Source of the DNA: Rhynchobatus australiae
Taxonomy: Eukaryota
Reading direction: 5' to 3'
Assembly: GCA_034780895.1 (NCBI GenBank)
Contig: JAUZTB010000076.1
Span: forward strand, 48,999,036-49,063,035
Length of the DNA: 64,000 bases
Shown here in pieces: positions 35,341-47,856 of the stretch (the first letter of the stretch is position 1; every line of letters begins with the position of its first letter). A program made the position numbers and the translations under genes. The notes beneath the pieces are model-generated. The model was given only the letters and a program-made list of their open reading frames with translations, was not told the DNA's origin and made no database searches.

Positions 35341-38300
35341 AAGGGAGGAGGGGTGGCTTGTTCTTGTATCCAAAATCTATGGATCCGAGCCCCTCTAAGA
35401 CAGTCACAGATATGTATCGGTGATCATCTTAGAATTAAGGAGTTCTGCTGGCTTCAGGATAGCTTTCATTGATCATGAGAAAGTTCCTCTCAGTGTTTAC
35501 CACAACCTGATCATTCAAGCCCTTGTGATTCATGAGGAACTCCAGATCCTGAACGGGAGGCTTCAGTGGCTATGTGGGTGCAGTCTGTGATAGCCTAAAC
35601 TGGAAAACCTGGCAAATCCACACACCTCTTGTGCCACACCTCCTGCAGTAAAGAACAGATAGAAGTCACATCTCTTGGAAGATACGGTATCAGTGACCTC
35701 AGTAATTTGGTGAGTGGCAAACTCTTAAGGTGTGGTACAGGTTAACCACAGCCCCCTGGAAGGACCTTGGAGTGAGGTAGCTGAGCGTGGGATTGGCTTT
35801 AATATTGATTATTGGAGCAGTCTACACTCAGGACTACGGATGGAGAACATCATAAGTGGATGTTGTTTGTTTCACTCCCAGGGAAAAATTAATTTCCAGC
35901 CAAGTAATGCCGATATTAAGATATTGCATGATCAAGTTTCTCAGCTTCAATTCCTTCACCAACAGTGATATACAAGGAGAATAGCAAAAGTTGCATTCCA
36001 GTTAGAATATCACATGGCATATCTCCCTTTATCCCTCCCATTTGTCTCCTCCCCAGTCATCCAATTACCAAACAATATCACAAGACTTGAAATCTGTCAA
36101 TCTGATAGGGCCAAGAGATGAATCCTACCCCACATGGATGATTTTATTACCATTCAGTCCAGACATGGCCCTTAAAGTTTAAAAGTTTGGCCTGGCATTC
36201 CTACAGCACAGAGATATACTGGTAAAAATGGTGACCACTGCTTGCACTCAACAATGCAGCAGAAATTATTTTATGCAAAATTCAATGAAAAATCCGATTT
36301 CTTAACATTACTATCCCACGGAAATCATGAAAGAAAGCATTCTTGATGACTACAACTTTCCAAACATTGAATTTTGAATTATTATTTGCGTAATTATAGA
36401 GTGGTAGAGCAATGGCAAATTATGCTCTAAATAATTTCCAAAAGGCTCATTCTTTGCATGACCCATAGGACCAGGTAGTACGTGCTATGTGCCCTTCAAA
36501 TGGAAACTATTTATTTTATGCAGTGACTATCACAAAGAACCAAAGTGGGCTGTTAACCCACAAATCATAGGAATCTGGTTGCTACATCAAACCCTGGATT
36601 GTGTCAGGAAAAAAAAAGTGTATGAATCGCTACAGTGATGCCTTTGTGGTTCAGTACTATTGGCGCAGGTACAGGCAAATGTAGGAAATAGTTATGGTAT
36701 GTTGCGAAAATGGAATAAAACATCTCTACATCACTGAACAGACCTTCCATTGTGCTTAGGAATTAAACATTTTTTTCCTTTTGGGCAGCATCCATTGTCA
36801 GTGTCAAGCTATTCCTGGTCAGGTATAACATTCAAATTAAAGTGCCTTCTTTCCTCAGCTACAGGAGCATGTCATAACGTTAAATTCACAGCAACTTCCT
36901 GCTTCCAACCGGTTATCCTGGGGTGGTTTACCTCATTCTACCAATGGGGTTCGGTTTACCCCGCGACTCCACCAACGCCAGCTATCTGCGCAGTCAATTG
37001 CATCACCTCGAACTTTGTTCCCTTTCAATCAGGGCACCCTTACCCCCAATGATGACGGATTACCTCAACACAATGGAAAAACTAACCTCCTTTAAATTTA
37101 CATGCTGCAAAATTCAGATGTAAATTGAAAGGTCTCCTGACTCTAAGCAATATTGTTTGGGATGTGGAGGGATGGCTGGAGAACAGCTTTAGAACAAAAA
37201 ATACCTGAGATTTTCCAATGAGCATAAGATAGTTGGAACAAGTCATGCCCTACTTGTGCTGCAAGCAGAACTTTGCAAGAACTCTTTGCAATTCATTTAT
37301 TTTTGCTCAGAGTGTGCTTCTGAAATTCTTCAATTGATAACTACAAGCAGTACTAACTTTCCACCAGTAGATGCTGCACAGGACTATGAAAAACATACAG
37401 GAGCAGTAAGTGTGCTGCACGGAAATAGGATCAGTCCTCATGTACATGGATCTGCTTGTGGGGTTCAGTTTGATGCTTCCATTAACCTTACCAAAGCATA
37501 AAATGGTACAAAATGTAAATACAAACAACCTTAGTGGTGCCAACTGTACCATCTCTTAGGAAATAAAGTATCTAAATTCTATACCAGTGGCTGGAGGAAA
37601 AGGACATGTGAATGTAAATAGGAGTGATCAGGTCACTCAGCAACTTGACCCCTCCTGCCTGCTTTACTGCTCAATAAGATTGCGGCTGATCCAACGATCC
37701 TCGAGCCCACTCTCCTGTTTTGTCCCATAATCCTCGATTCCCCTCCTGACACCTGGTCCTCACTCCCGTTATCCAAATAGGTCATCCTCTCCTGTATTAT
37801 CCCTTATACCATCATGTATTGCCGATTCTGACCTTCTCCCCACTCTCACTCCTGTAACCAAATGGTGTCCAAACCCCATCAACCCCAAACCACAGCCCAT
37901 CACCTCATCTGTCCTTCTCAAGCTGCTTTTAGATGGTTGGCTGCAGAGTGCATCCAGAATTGTGGGGCTGTCATTGGAGGTTACCTGCTAACTACCTGCC
38001 TTTTGTGATGTTCATGCTGGTTGGTTGGCTCAGAATCTGGGATGAAAGTTGATTTTTTAGTTATTTAAAATGTCATTCAACTGCTTCCTGACAATTCTGA
38101 TGATCAAAGCTATCTGAGTTTGGGGCCTTCCCCTCCACTACCTGTGGTCCAGCCGCAAATGGTGAACGTGACCATGCTCTAGAATGAGGAAGAGAGTTGG
38201 GGGTGGGAAGGGGTAAAGCAAGGGTCCTTGCCGTGCAGCCAATTGCCTTCAATCTGTTGTTTATTCAGTTTCAGCAAGACTGGCTCTGGACATCGACCAA

Positions 38301-40039
38301 GCAGCATGAACAGCATGTTTGCGAGGCACGCAAGGCAGAGCCGAGTGTCGCCAGCTTGAATGTGAAACAGGTCACTAGCCGCTGACAAGCTGCATGTCGA
38401 TCAAAATTCGATGGGAGTCAGATATACATCCTGGAGAACTCCAGATGTAATAATGTGGGAATGAGAAGAGAAACTTGGCAGCGGATTGGTTGCAATTCAA
38501 TAGATAAGAATTTCACCAGGCAAGTTTATTTCCACTCAACTGAATATCGGACGAGAACTGCAGAAAAATAGTGTCAAATGTTGCAGGCAGGCTGGTTAGA
38601 ATGAGGAAGGATAGTACAGAGGAGACACCCTGAATGTGACTTCTGACTTTGTAAGGTCTACAAGAGGTGCAGAAACCTGACACGAGGCTCTGAAGCGTGG
38701 CATCATGGGAAAGATGGCCATGGATCTGGGAGGTTCAGGGACTTAGAGGAGATGAGAGTTGAAGATGGGGCAAGGACAAAGGAATCACGGGTTATTCTGC
38801 CAAAAAAAACACCATAAATGCAAGTTCTTGAATCAGCACACAGTTGGCCATCTGTTAGTTCTAACAGTGACCAGCTACACCAGTTGCCAAAGACCAAGCA
38901 AGATGTTTGAGGTGGTCAAGTGTGTGAAGCAAATATCACATGGTAGTGTTTTTTGCTCCCCCAAGAATCACAGCAAAGTCCTTCTTTATGTGAATTATTA
39001 ATGCCAACATTGAAATCGGGATCATTGGCTTTATACACTAATGAAATGAGTAGATAGAATTAAAAGGAAAAAAGAAGTTAGACTTTTAGATGCCATTTTG
39101 AGAACATATTACATGAACCTGAATGATATTATTCTTTTTTTTCCAGGGCTAGTTTGAAATACAGTTTGAAGATTTGTTTTTGGCCTTTTGTGCACTGTGA
39201 AAAGCAAGTTAATTCACCAACCAAAAACTCAGTGTTCTTTCTTCAAACCTCTTAGAAATGTAGTTCTTTCTGCATCCGTCATTGACAAGCATGACCCACT
39301 TACCTCCAACAGGAAATACATACAGATCTGTGGCTTTGGTAGAAGCTCGTCATGGGGATGGACCTGCTAAACCACCCATGCTAAGAAGTGCACTGTGTGT
39401 TGCTGCAAGCTTAAGCATGCTGCAGAGCTCAGATAAAAAAAACACCCACATCCGGTAAAAATTCACTGAACTCAGCCTGGAAATGAAGAATATGTTGTTT
39501 CGAGTCTGTTTGGGCCCAAAGCAAGACTAAAACTTAATAGAAAGCTTAACCTTCATTGATAAATTAACTCATCATCATGCATTTCCCATTATGGCAAAAA
39601 AATAGAATCAAAATGTGTTTAGAGCTCGATATTCAAGTCCTTGAACTTCAAATGGCTTGCCAAGTCCACACCAGCAGGAGAGCAGAGAAACTTTGTGCAC
39701 AGGATAGTAAGGATGTGGAGCTCACCATCACAGACAAATACCACAGATGTATTTAAAGAGACATTTGATAACTGTGTCTGGAGGTAAAAAAATAGAAGGA
39801 TGTGGTTGATAAGGTTTANNNNNNNNNNNNNNNNNNNNNNNNNNNNNNNNNNNNNNNNNNNNNNNNNNNNNNNNNNNNNNNNNNNNNNNNNNNNNNNNNN
39901 NNNNNNNNNNNNNNNNNNNNNNNNNNNNNNNNNNNNNNNNNNNNNNNNNNNNNNNNNNNNNNNNNNNNNNNNNNNNNNNNNNNNNNNNNNNNNNNNNNNN
40001 NNNNNNNNNNNNNNNNNNNNNNNNNNNNNNNNNNNNNNN

Positions 40040-40080
<41 letters not shown>

Positions 40081-40145
40081 ATGCGTGCATGGGCATGCAC
40101 GTGTGTATGTGTCTCCATGTGCATGTATCTGTATGTATGTGTATA
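40040..40145. repeat. (TG)n/(CG)n purine-pyrimidine microsatellite next to a gap
   Basis: tgtgtg...gcgcgcgcacatgcgtgcat. Confidence 0.95.
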
Positions 40146-41279
40146 AGGAAGAGAGAATAAGAGAAACAAACTTAACAGTTGTTGCAGCGGCACACACATG
40201 CTCACACCCACATACTTATAAACGCAGCAGGAAGAACTTTGTTTAAACACTGACCAACACTGAGTAACTGTTACCTCCGCTGTCTGATCTAAACTTAATT
40301 ATTAAACTAGTTTTTGAAAACCAGTTGGAAGGAAGATAATCTCATTGCACAGTTGAGACCAGATGAAGTGAGCTCCAAATAAGGAAAAAAATGGGCAGAT
40401 CTCAACAGGGATTTAAAACGATTGAGTTGTTTGGTCAATACTACTTTTTATAAATATTGGGCTCAAGTATAAACTGGCCTTCCCACATTAATTAAAATGG
40501 ATCTGATAATGTTACTTATCTGTATAACCCCTGTGTGAACAAAGCACAGGTGTCTGAGGTGAACCAGGAATTTTTCTCTCTGATGCCAGTGTTAGCAAAT
40601 CACAATGGAATCTTCATACAAGTGAAACCGATCCTAAAAACCTTCATATCACACAAAGTAAGGAGCTTTAACTTTTGTGAATGGCTGAGGAGGTGGTCAA
40701 AAGCAATAAGGCAACAGCACACTGAAAACTCACTGCTAACCCGTCAGCTTCTACAGTGAACCTCTGCCTGAGGGCAGAAAATCCTCTTGGGAGAAGCAGT
40801 TTGCTGACCTCAAACCCATTGATGAATGACATTAACTGGGCACTCGCAGGTTTCCCTGCGTCTCACCAATGAAACTTGGGCCAGAGCAGAACAGTACTGG
40901 AGAAGACAATAAATTGACCCAGAATTTGGCAATAAACACAGCAGCCTCACAGCAACCATTGAGTATGACATTCTGTGCAGTGTTGGTTGCTTATTTCGGG
41001 AGTTTCAGAACAAGCTGGTATGGTTTAGCGCTCACTTTTAAGACTTTGGAGCTGCCCACTTGTTCACTGCTTTGCGCCATGTTGCTGCGTATACTTTGAC
41101 ACCAGATCACAGTGCAAGCAGCAGCTACTTTTGGTGTGGATGTGGTGGGCTGAATGAACTGCTTCCATGCTGTACGACTCTAAGACCGTGAACAACTGCG
41201 AGAGCCTCAGGAGCAGCAACAGGTACAGAAGAAGAGAGTGGATCCAGTACACAGATCTGGCTTGCAGCAAGGTACTGCC

Positions 41280-41600
41280 GCATGAAGGATCTACAGCAGG
41301 AGTGGAGCTTCCTTCACACAGCTGAACACCAGTGCCAGAGGAGGTTGGGTGGTGTGCAGATATTTTCAGTACCTTGGAACCGGACCCAGTGGACCCGACG
41401 GCCACCCTCGGACAGCTGCTGTAAATTTGGCCACCCGCTTCTGTCACGACCTTGCATCTGGCCAAGCACAGGCGTAGCAGGTTTTCGGGGGGGGGGCCAG
41501 TCCTTTCCACTTTGACACTGGGGAGGGCAATGGGGATGAATGGGTTGCTCAAGGCTCTGTCTGGCTTCGCTGAGGGATGGGAGGTACCCGACTTCTGGCT
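41280..41600 (+). mobile_element. Degenerate PIF/Harbinger (HARBI1-like) transposase 5' remnant
   Basis: Frameshifted pieces RIY../WSFLHTAEHQCQRRL and GHPRTAAVNLATRFCHDLASGQAQ resemble the Harbinger N-terminal motifs SFLxMSExQCxRRL and GHxLPVAVKVTxALNFFASGSFQ (motifs recalled, not searched). Confidence 0.5.
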
Positions 41601-41664
41601 GACCTGAGGGCACCCTGATGGCATCTGGACCTCGAAGCAGCTACAGATCAGCAAGAAGTGGAAA

Positions 41665-41875
41665 TAAAACAAAACTGCAGATGCTGGAAATCTGAAATAT
41701 AAAGAGAGAATGCCAAAAACACTCAGCAGCTCTGTCAGCATCCAGGGAAAGAGAAAGAGAGTTAACGTTTCAAGTCAAAGACCCGTTGTCAGAACTGAAG
41801 AAGGTTCTTGGACCTGAAGCATTAATTCTCATTCCCCAGATGCTGCCTGGCCTGCTGTGTGTTTCTCTTTTCAGA
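41665..41875. mobile_element. Head-to-head Penelope-type terminal repeats
   Basis: actgcagatgctggaaatctg...aacgtttc...gaccc (minus) then ctgaagaagg...gacctgaa...gatgctgcctggcctgctg (plus). Confidence 0.7.
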
Positions 41876-41897
41876 TTAGCCCAGGAATAAAGCTCCC

Positions 41898-41965
41898 AGC
41901 TCATCAATATGTGGGTGGTTAGCTCATCAATATGTGGGTGGTTAGCTCATCAATAAGAGGGTGGT
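41898..41965. repeat. 23-bp minisatellite, 3 copies
   Basis: agctcatcaatatgtgggtggtt twice plus a diverged third copy. Confidence 0.9.
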
Positions 41966-42679
41966 ATGTAACTATATGAAGGTCTTTCTGCTGGTATGCA
42001 CAAGACTCCTGGATTCATGCCAATAATTCCTTCATGCCATTCATGCTACCTGATTCATTCACACCTGTAAGCGAACCCATAGGCTGGCTGCTCGGATTCA
42101 AATGATACCAAGTTAAAGCATCACAGATATCATTCTTGAGGAATCTAAGCAAAGGACCTTACCATTCTGCACAAAGACGAGCTTCCAGTCAGAAAGTGAT
42201 GTCAATCAACGATATATCTCTGAATCCAAAGGACTGAAATACAGGCCTCTGGTGATATGTAAAAGACTTGTATGGACACCTTTGTATGACTACCAATAGG
42301 TAGGAAGAAAAGAGAGATGATTTATTTCTCTTCTAGGAATAATCACATCACTTCAGGTTGAAACAAGCAACCCAGACCCCAGCTCTGAGAGCCGATGTAT
42401 TCCTGGTTGATAACCTGTGTGTTGTGGAATTGCTGAAGTCCATATTCCCTGCCACAATCAGCCCTCCCATGGCCCTCCAGCAGTTCTGCACTGGGCTGTT
42501 ATGCAGCTGCTCACTCGGGTGTTGAGTGGCTGAGGCTCGGGTACCAAGCATTACAGGTGGCTATCAGAGTCCGCAAGGCCCCAGTGAAGACCTGAATTCA
42601 CCCTGTGATTGCAGTGCTTGATGTTCCTTGCTGGCCATTCTTCCTACAAACAAAGCAATCATAAAGACACCCCCCACTG

Positions 42680-42819
42680 TTCTCTCCACCACTAACCTCT
42701 CTGCAATTTAAAGCACATTTGTTTTCTCACATTTCCAGTTCTGATGTAGAGTCATCGACCTGAAACGTTAACTGTTTTCCTCTTCTTTGACGCTGCATGA
42801 TAGGCTAAGTATTTACACC
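42680..42819 (+). mobile_element. Penelope-type terminal repeat with near-intact hammerhead fold
   Basis: cagttCTGATGTagagtcatcgacctGAAACGTTaactg at 42736-42774. Confidence 0.7.
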
Positions 42820-43374
42820 NNNNNNNNNNNNNNNNNNNNNNNNNNNNNNNNNNNNNNNNNNNNNNNNNNNNNNNNNNNNNNNNNNNNNNNNNNNNNNNNN
42901 NNNNNNNNNNNNNNNNNNNAGGCTAAGTATTTACACCAACTACTGTTTCTATAATCAGAATTCCAGTATCCGTAGTTTTTGATTTTCACATCTTCAAAGT
43001 ACACTGCGTTCATAAAGCCATCATCACGACAGACCCCTCCAACCTATCTGCATATGTGCACATTAAAATGGACGCCTGGTGGTACAATGTACTTCCTTCA
43101 CTGTTGCTACAATGATACCATGTTGTTTGGTGGTCTGTGAGGTGCAGCATCTGCATCCAGCTAAGCAGTGCTTGGAGTGCCCTGCACCATCCCTCTCACT
43201 CCCTTTCTCCACCCTCTGCCCTTGTGCATGGGATATGTTAATCACCCACTGAAAATTTAACCATGTTCTTACTGGATCTACAGGGATATGATTAACTTAG
43301 CTGATGGCAATATGGTACACGAGTTTTGTGATGGTTCACCCTTCAGACCAAGGCTTCATCATCATCCTAAACTT

Positions 43375-43650
43375 TGACCCATCCCCTGGTGGATCTGCTC
43401 TCCCCTCCTCACCCACACCTGCCTATCCTCATCTCTCACCTGCATCTACCTATTGCCACCTTGTGCCCATCCCACCTCCCCTCTTTTGTCCACCTATCAC
43501 TGCTCTGCTTTTCCCTCCTATATACTGGGCTTCCCCTTTTCTTATCTTCAGTCCTGAAGAAGGGTCCTGACCCAAAACGTTGACCATCTGATTTTCTCCA
43601 CGGATACTGCCTGGCCTGCTGAGTTCCTCCAGCATCATCGTGGATTTCTT
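43375..43650 (+). mobile_element. Penelope-type terminal repeat (long, young copy)
   Basis: Pyrimidine-rich leader, then cagtcCTGAAGAagggtcctgacccAAAACGTTgacc...ctgcctggcctgctgagttcctccagcatcatcgtg; very similar to 32282-32400. Confidence 0.8.
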
Positions 43651-44254
43651 CATCATCATTCTCCCGCCACACATGCACCAGCATTTGGAAGACCTCATGT
43701 AATGTTAAAGATCTGAATTAAAACTACCTGGTTTATGGTTACCATAATTCATGAAAGCAAATTTTTCATTCTTGGACGACTTTATTGGCTTGAGTGCGCG
43801 CTTGAATAACGTTGCTGTCACCAGATGCACATCACCCACTCTCAGATGGCTGGCCATACTGTTGTCCCGGGCTGTTTCCTCCACAGATGCAAGTTGAGAG
43901 GTTACTAGAGAGTCATCTCCATTTCTCTGTCCCTCCCTAATGTTCTGCAGCTGTGCCCCCTTGCAACAGGGAATAGAAGACACCTACGAGAATAACTGCA
44001 CATATTGAATAGACGGAGATCATTTGTTTAGGGCAACCACAAGGGAGAGGCACATCGTTCCATAACAGAGGTCAAACATCATTGGTGGCTGGACCAATGG
44101 AGATGTGAGGCAGTGTAATGGGCAGAGGGATACGAGGGTAGCAACGAGGTGAATAAATGTGAGAGGCAGCATGCTAGATCTAAGAGGGCAGATGTAGTGA
44201 GTCAGAAGTAATACAGGAACCAGGCTGTGGGCCAAAGTGCCATTGCGTTCCCTT

Positions 44255-44420
44255 TCCCTGATCTTTAACCCACTTGAGGCACCAGATCCTAGCTTGGGGA
44301 GAGCCACACTCTTGCTCCTGCTGATCACCACTGCATCTGCCTCCTGCCACACCTTCTTGAGTTTCCCTTCCTATCAGCAAGGAATACAATGTCTCCAATA
44401 AGAGGAACACCAAGCAATGC
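44255..44420 (-). mobile_element. Possible degenerate Harbinger Myb/SANT-like ORF remnant
   Basis: KKVWQEADAVVISRS plus frameshifted ARIWCLKWVKD resembles WxEVAxxVSxxSxxxRTWxQCxKxFNDL. Confidence 0.35.
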
Positions 44421-47024
44421 ACCACTGAGGTGAGGGACAGCACCCAAAAGCTATTTTGTCCCCTTTCCTCTGTTTGTGCAGTTGGCACCAGAGTCCATCA
44501 AATGGCCTGCCTGCCATGTCCTTTAATTGAAGGATCTGCAGTTGGGTCCGACTGATAGCCAATTCACAAGTATTACATTGAAGGCCTTGCTTGTGATAAA
44601 ACAGCACCAACACAGTGCAGAAAACATCAGAACACCCTCTCATCTGGCACCCCTTCCAATGCCCACCCCTACCACTCCCACCTCAACAGGATATTCAAAT
44701 TAGGCCCAAATTGCTTATTACTTCTAGTATAGAAAAGGGAAGTTTGTCTATTCTTTCTTGCTATTTGAGGAAACCACCTCTGAAAACAGGTGTTAGGGAA
44801 TGGAACTTGAAACTGTTTAAAAATAGCCCGCGGTAGGGTGGTCAGCAACACGGTGAATATCCCAGCTCATACCAGCTGCCGGCATCGCGACTTCATTCCA
44901 TCCAACTGACCCCACAATGAATGAGTTGTGACAGGATTCGGAGGAGGATTCTTCTGCTGGTTATGACAGGAAGGACATGAGCCATGCAGAGCAGGAAATT
45001 CCCACGGTCTATCATCGCTGAACCATGAATTTGCTTACTTCATTCGGGGTGGTGCCAATTAGTGTCAACATTGGGGACAGGAAAAGTACATTCGAGCCAC
45101 AAGCATTGAGATGACAGCAAAGGGGATTTTTGGAGAGGGGAGGGAAGAGGATCAAAGGTAGAGTGAAATAAATGGGTTTTTAGAGAGAACAAGATGGGCA
45201 GAATGTAGGGGTACAGGGTGGTGCAGCAGAGAAGAGCAGTAATCTGGAGGATGAGGAGCAGAGAGGTAGGCAGGGTGGCTGAAGATGATCACTACTGGAG
45301 GATGGAGTGAGATCCTGGGAGAACTAGAAGATAATGATCTTGAAAGCAATTTTCTGATATTCTGGAGCACTATGAGGTTTGGTTTTCGATCCCTGTCTGG
45401 GGTGGCCTATGAGCCCCAGAAGTAACTAAAGACCAAGGTTGTGCGGTTTTTGAACAAACTTACAAATCTATTTCCATATGGCAGTGTCCCATTCTCCAGC
45501 TTCCCTAAACTTGAACTCTGCTGCTTGTAGTCCCTCATTCATTAATCAGCCTCATGCTTCCTGACACGATCTGCCCAATAAGGCAATGTTACGACTGTAA
45601 CATGCTCATCCTTTCAACATTGCTTTGGATTGTCCCACCAGAGGAAAGTGTTGGTCTGATCAACCCTTTCAAAATCACTTTTGAAAACCCAACCTGGACT
45701 GCTATTTCATCTTCAAAAATTCAAGAGAACTTGCAGCAAGTTTATGAAGCCTGCCTTTTATCTAGAATCTAGGGGAGTTAATGAGAATGTGAGGAGAATA
45801 AAAACTGAGAATAATGTAGGATTGGTAAAGAATTGGTGGTTGATGTTTGTCATAGATTCTGTGGGTTGAAGGGTCTGTGCACTGTATGGCCTTTATAATT
45901 ATGGGTACTAATCTGATCAAACAAAATGAATTGGTTGATGGAAATAATGGTTATTGCAGTGTCAGAATAATTTTACAGCCAAGTGAACAGGAGAGAAAAG
46001 AAATGATTATCCCACCTTATGTTCAAATTTCAGTTATAAAAGAGCAATGGGAAAGACCTAAAAGAAAAAAATGTACTGGGCTAGAGGCATATTATCATTT
46101 TAGTAGAGTTCTGTATCAAAAGTTTCAGAAATCATTTTAGTTTTCTTTGCTTCATATACTTTTCATTCTGTATACGTTTCTCAACATTAAAGTGGTAGGG
46201 TGTCCATGCATAACAAGAATAAAGATTCTTTGGCGTGAGAGAATTACTAGAGCTGTGTGCGTATGCCTAGTTCTTGGTTGTCACCGGTTTAATCCTTTCC
46301 ACAGTACTGTGGAAAGGACTAAACAGAGATCATCTTCCTCTTTAGAGGAAGGGGAAGTGTGAGGGTAAATTTGGGTGTAGGGACTCTTTACATCTGGGCT
46401 GGAGACTGGCTGAACAGGAACAATATTTAAAGCCTGGCAATGAGACACCCACCCAGCATCTTTCACTGGAGAGACACGAGTGAGTAGGCATTTGTAGCCT
46501 TGGAAATAATTGTGACTTTCTCATATTGTCAGGCTACCTTAAGCAACACTTGATAGGATAGAAAACTTATTGATAGAGAGAGGCATCTGAATTCAAACTT
46601 GCGATGATGCCAACTAGTAAAAAGAACAAAATAAGTACAAAGTATTGTTGACTGCCTGGTGTGAGCATTTCCCAGGGTGGTTCAGAAAGTGCAAAGCCTC
46701 TAAGCTGCAACAAGATAGCAAAACTGAAAGCCATTATATATTTGAGGAACCAATTATAGCAGGGGTTGCTGAGACACAGAAAAAACAGGGCTGGGTATTA
46801 AATATTGCACAGTATGACATTATTAGGAAAGATACAGGGGATAAAGGGAAGATAGAGTTGCTGTACCTATTAGAATCAAGATCATTGCAGTAGAATTAAT
46901 GATATAACAGTCATGTAAAACAAGTTACAGCTATACAGTGGTGCAGCAGTACAGCAGTTATCATGTTCGCTTGATATGCTGATGGTCCCCAGTTCAGTCC
47001 TGGTCAGGAACATAATTTGGGGCA

Positions 47025-47315
47025 GGCATAGCAGTGTAGTGAATAGCGTAATGCTATTATAGCGCTGCAACCCCTGTCTGTCTCAATTCCGGCTGCTGTC
47101 TGTAAGGAGTTTGTATGTTCTCCCCACGACTGTGTGGGTTTTCTCCGGGTGCTCCGGTTTCCTCCCACATTCTAAAGACGTACGTGTTAGGAAGTTGTGG
47201 GCGTGCTGTGTTGGCGCCAGAAGCAGTGACTATATCGGGCTGCCCCCAGAACACTCTGCGCAAAGATGCATTCACTGTGTGTTTCGATGTACATGTGACT
47301 AATAGATATCTTATT
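47025..47315 (+). mobile_element. V-SINE, near full length
   Basis: tRNA-like head plus V-domain tgtaaggagtttgtatgttctcccc...tctccgggtgctccggtttcctcccacat plus tail. Confidence 0.9.
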
Positions 47316-47768
47316 AGTAAGATCTCAAACTTCTGATAGGTCTTTAAAGTATGGAAGATTTCACAGAATAGATACAGGGAGACTGTTAACATTTGTGTGG
47401 CAAAGGAAAGCCAGTGACTGTCAGTATAATTATCACAAAATCAAAAGTTCAACAAAAATGTCTTTACCCCGAGAGTGGCGGGAATATAGAATCTGTTACT
47501 GTGGGAATCAGTGGAAAGGAATGGTTTTGATGAACGTGTGTATGTGTGTGTGGGGGTGGAAGGGAGAGAGTTGATAAACATAGAAGGGCAGAAGAAATAG
47601 TTTCTGCTGATAAATAAGGAAGTACAGTGTGCATTGATTGGCCTATATTTTCACTTATACTGATCTTTGATCCAGGAATTGTGTGTAATCAACAGACCAT
47701 CTTGCAAAGTGAACAGGTAGAGAGAGGTCTCCTGGCAGGATCAATTAGAATCAACTACAGGGGAGAAA

Positions 47769-47856
47769 CAGCACTAACTGTTTCTCCTCTGGGTCACTGA
47801 CTTCGTAGGGGCCCGAGGCCAAAATCAGTGACCAACAGGAGAAGCAGGTGGTGCTG
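47769..47856. other. 88-nt imperfect hairpin (pre-miRNA- or MITE-like)
   Basis: cagcactaactgtttctcctctgggtcactgactt pairs with aaatcagtgaccaacaggagaagcaggtggtgctg. Confidence 0.75.

Noticed and set aside
39619-40250. Long ORFs spanning N gaps and the TG microsatellite (also near 2.7, 12.2, 29.5, 48.6, 49.3, 57.2 and 59.9 kb)
   Set aside because: Artefacts of N runs and simple repeats.
41064-41741. Longest ORF in the window (225 aa, minus strand)
   Set aside because: It starts inside a Penelope-type repeat, runs antisense to a probable transposase relic and has no recognisable domain.
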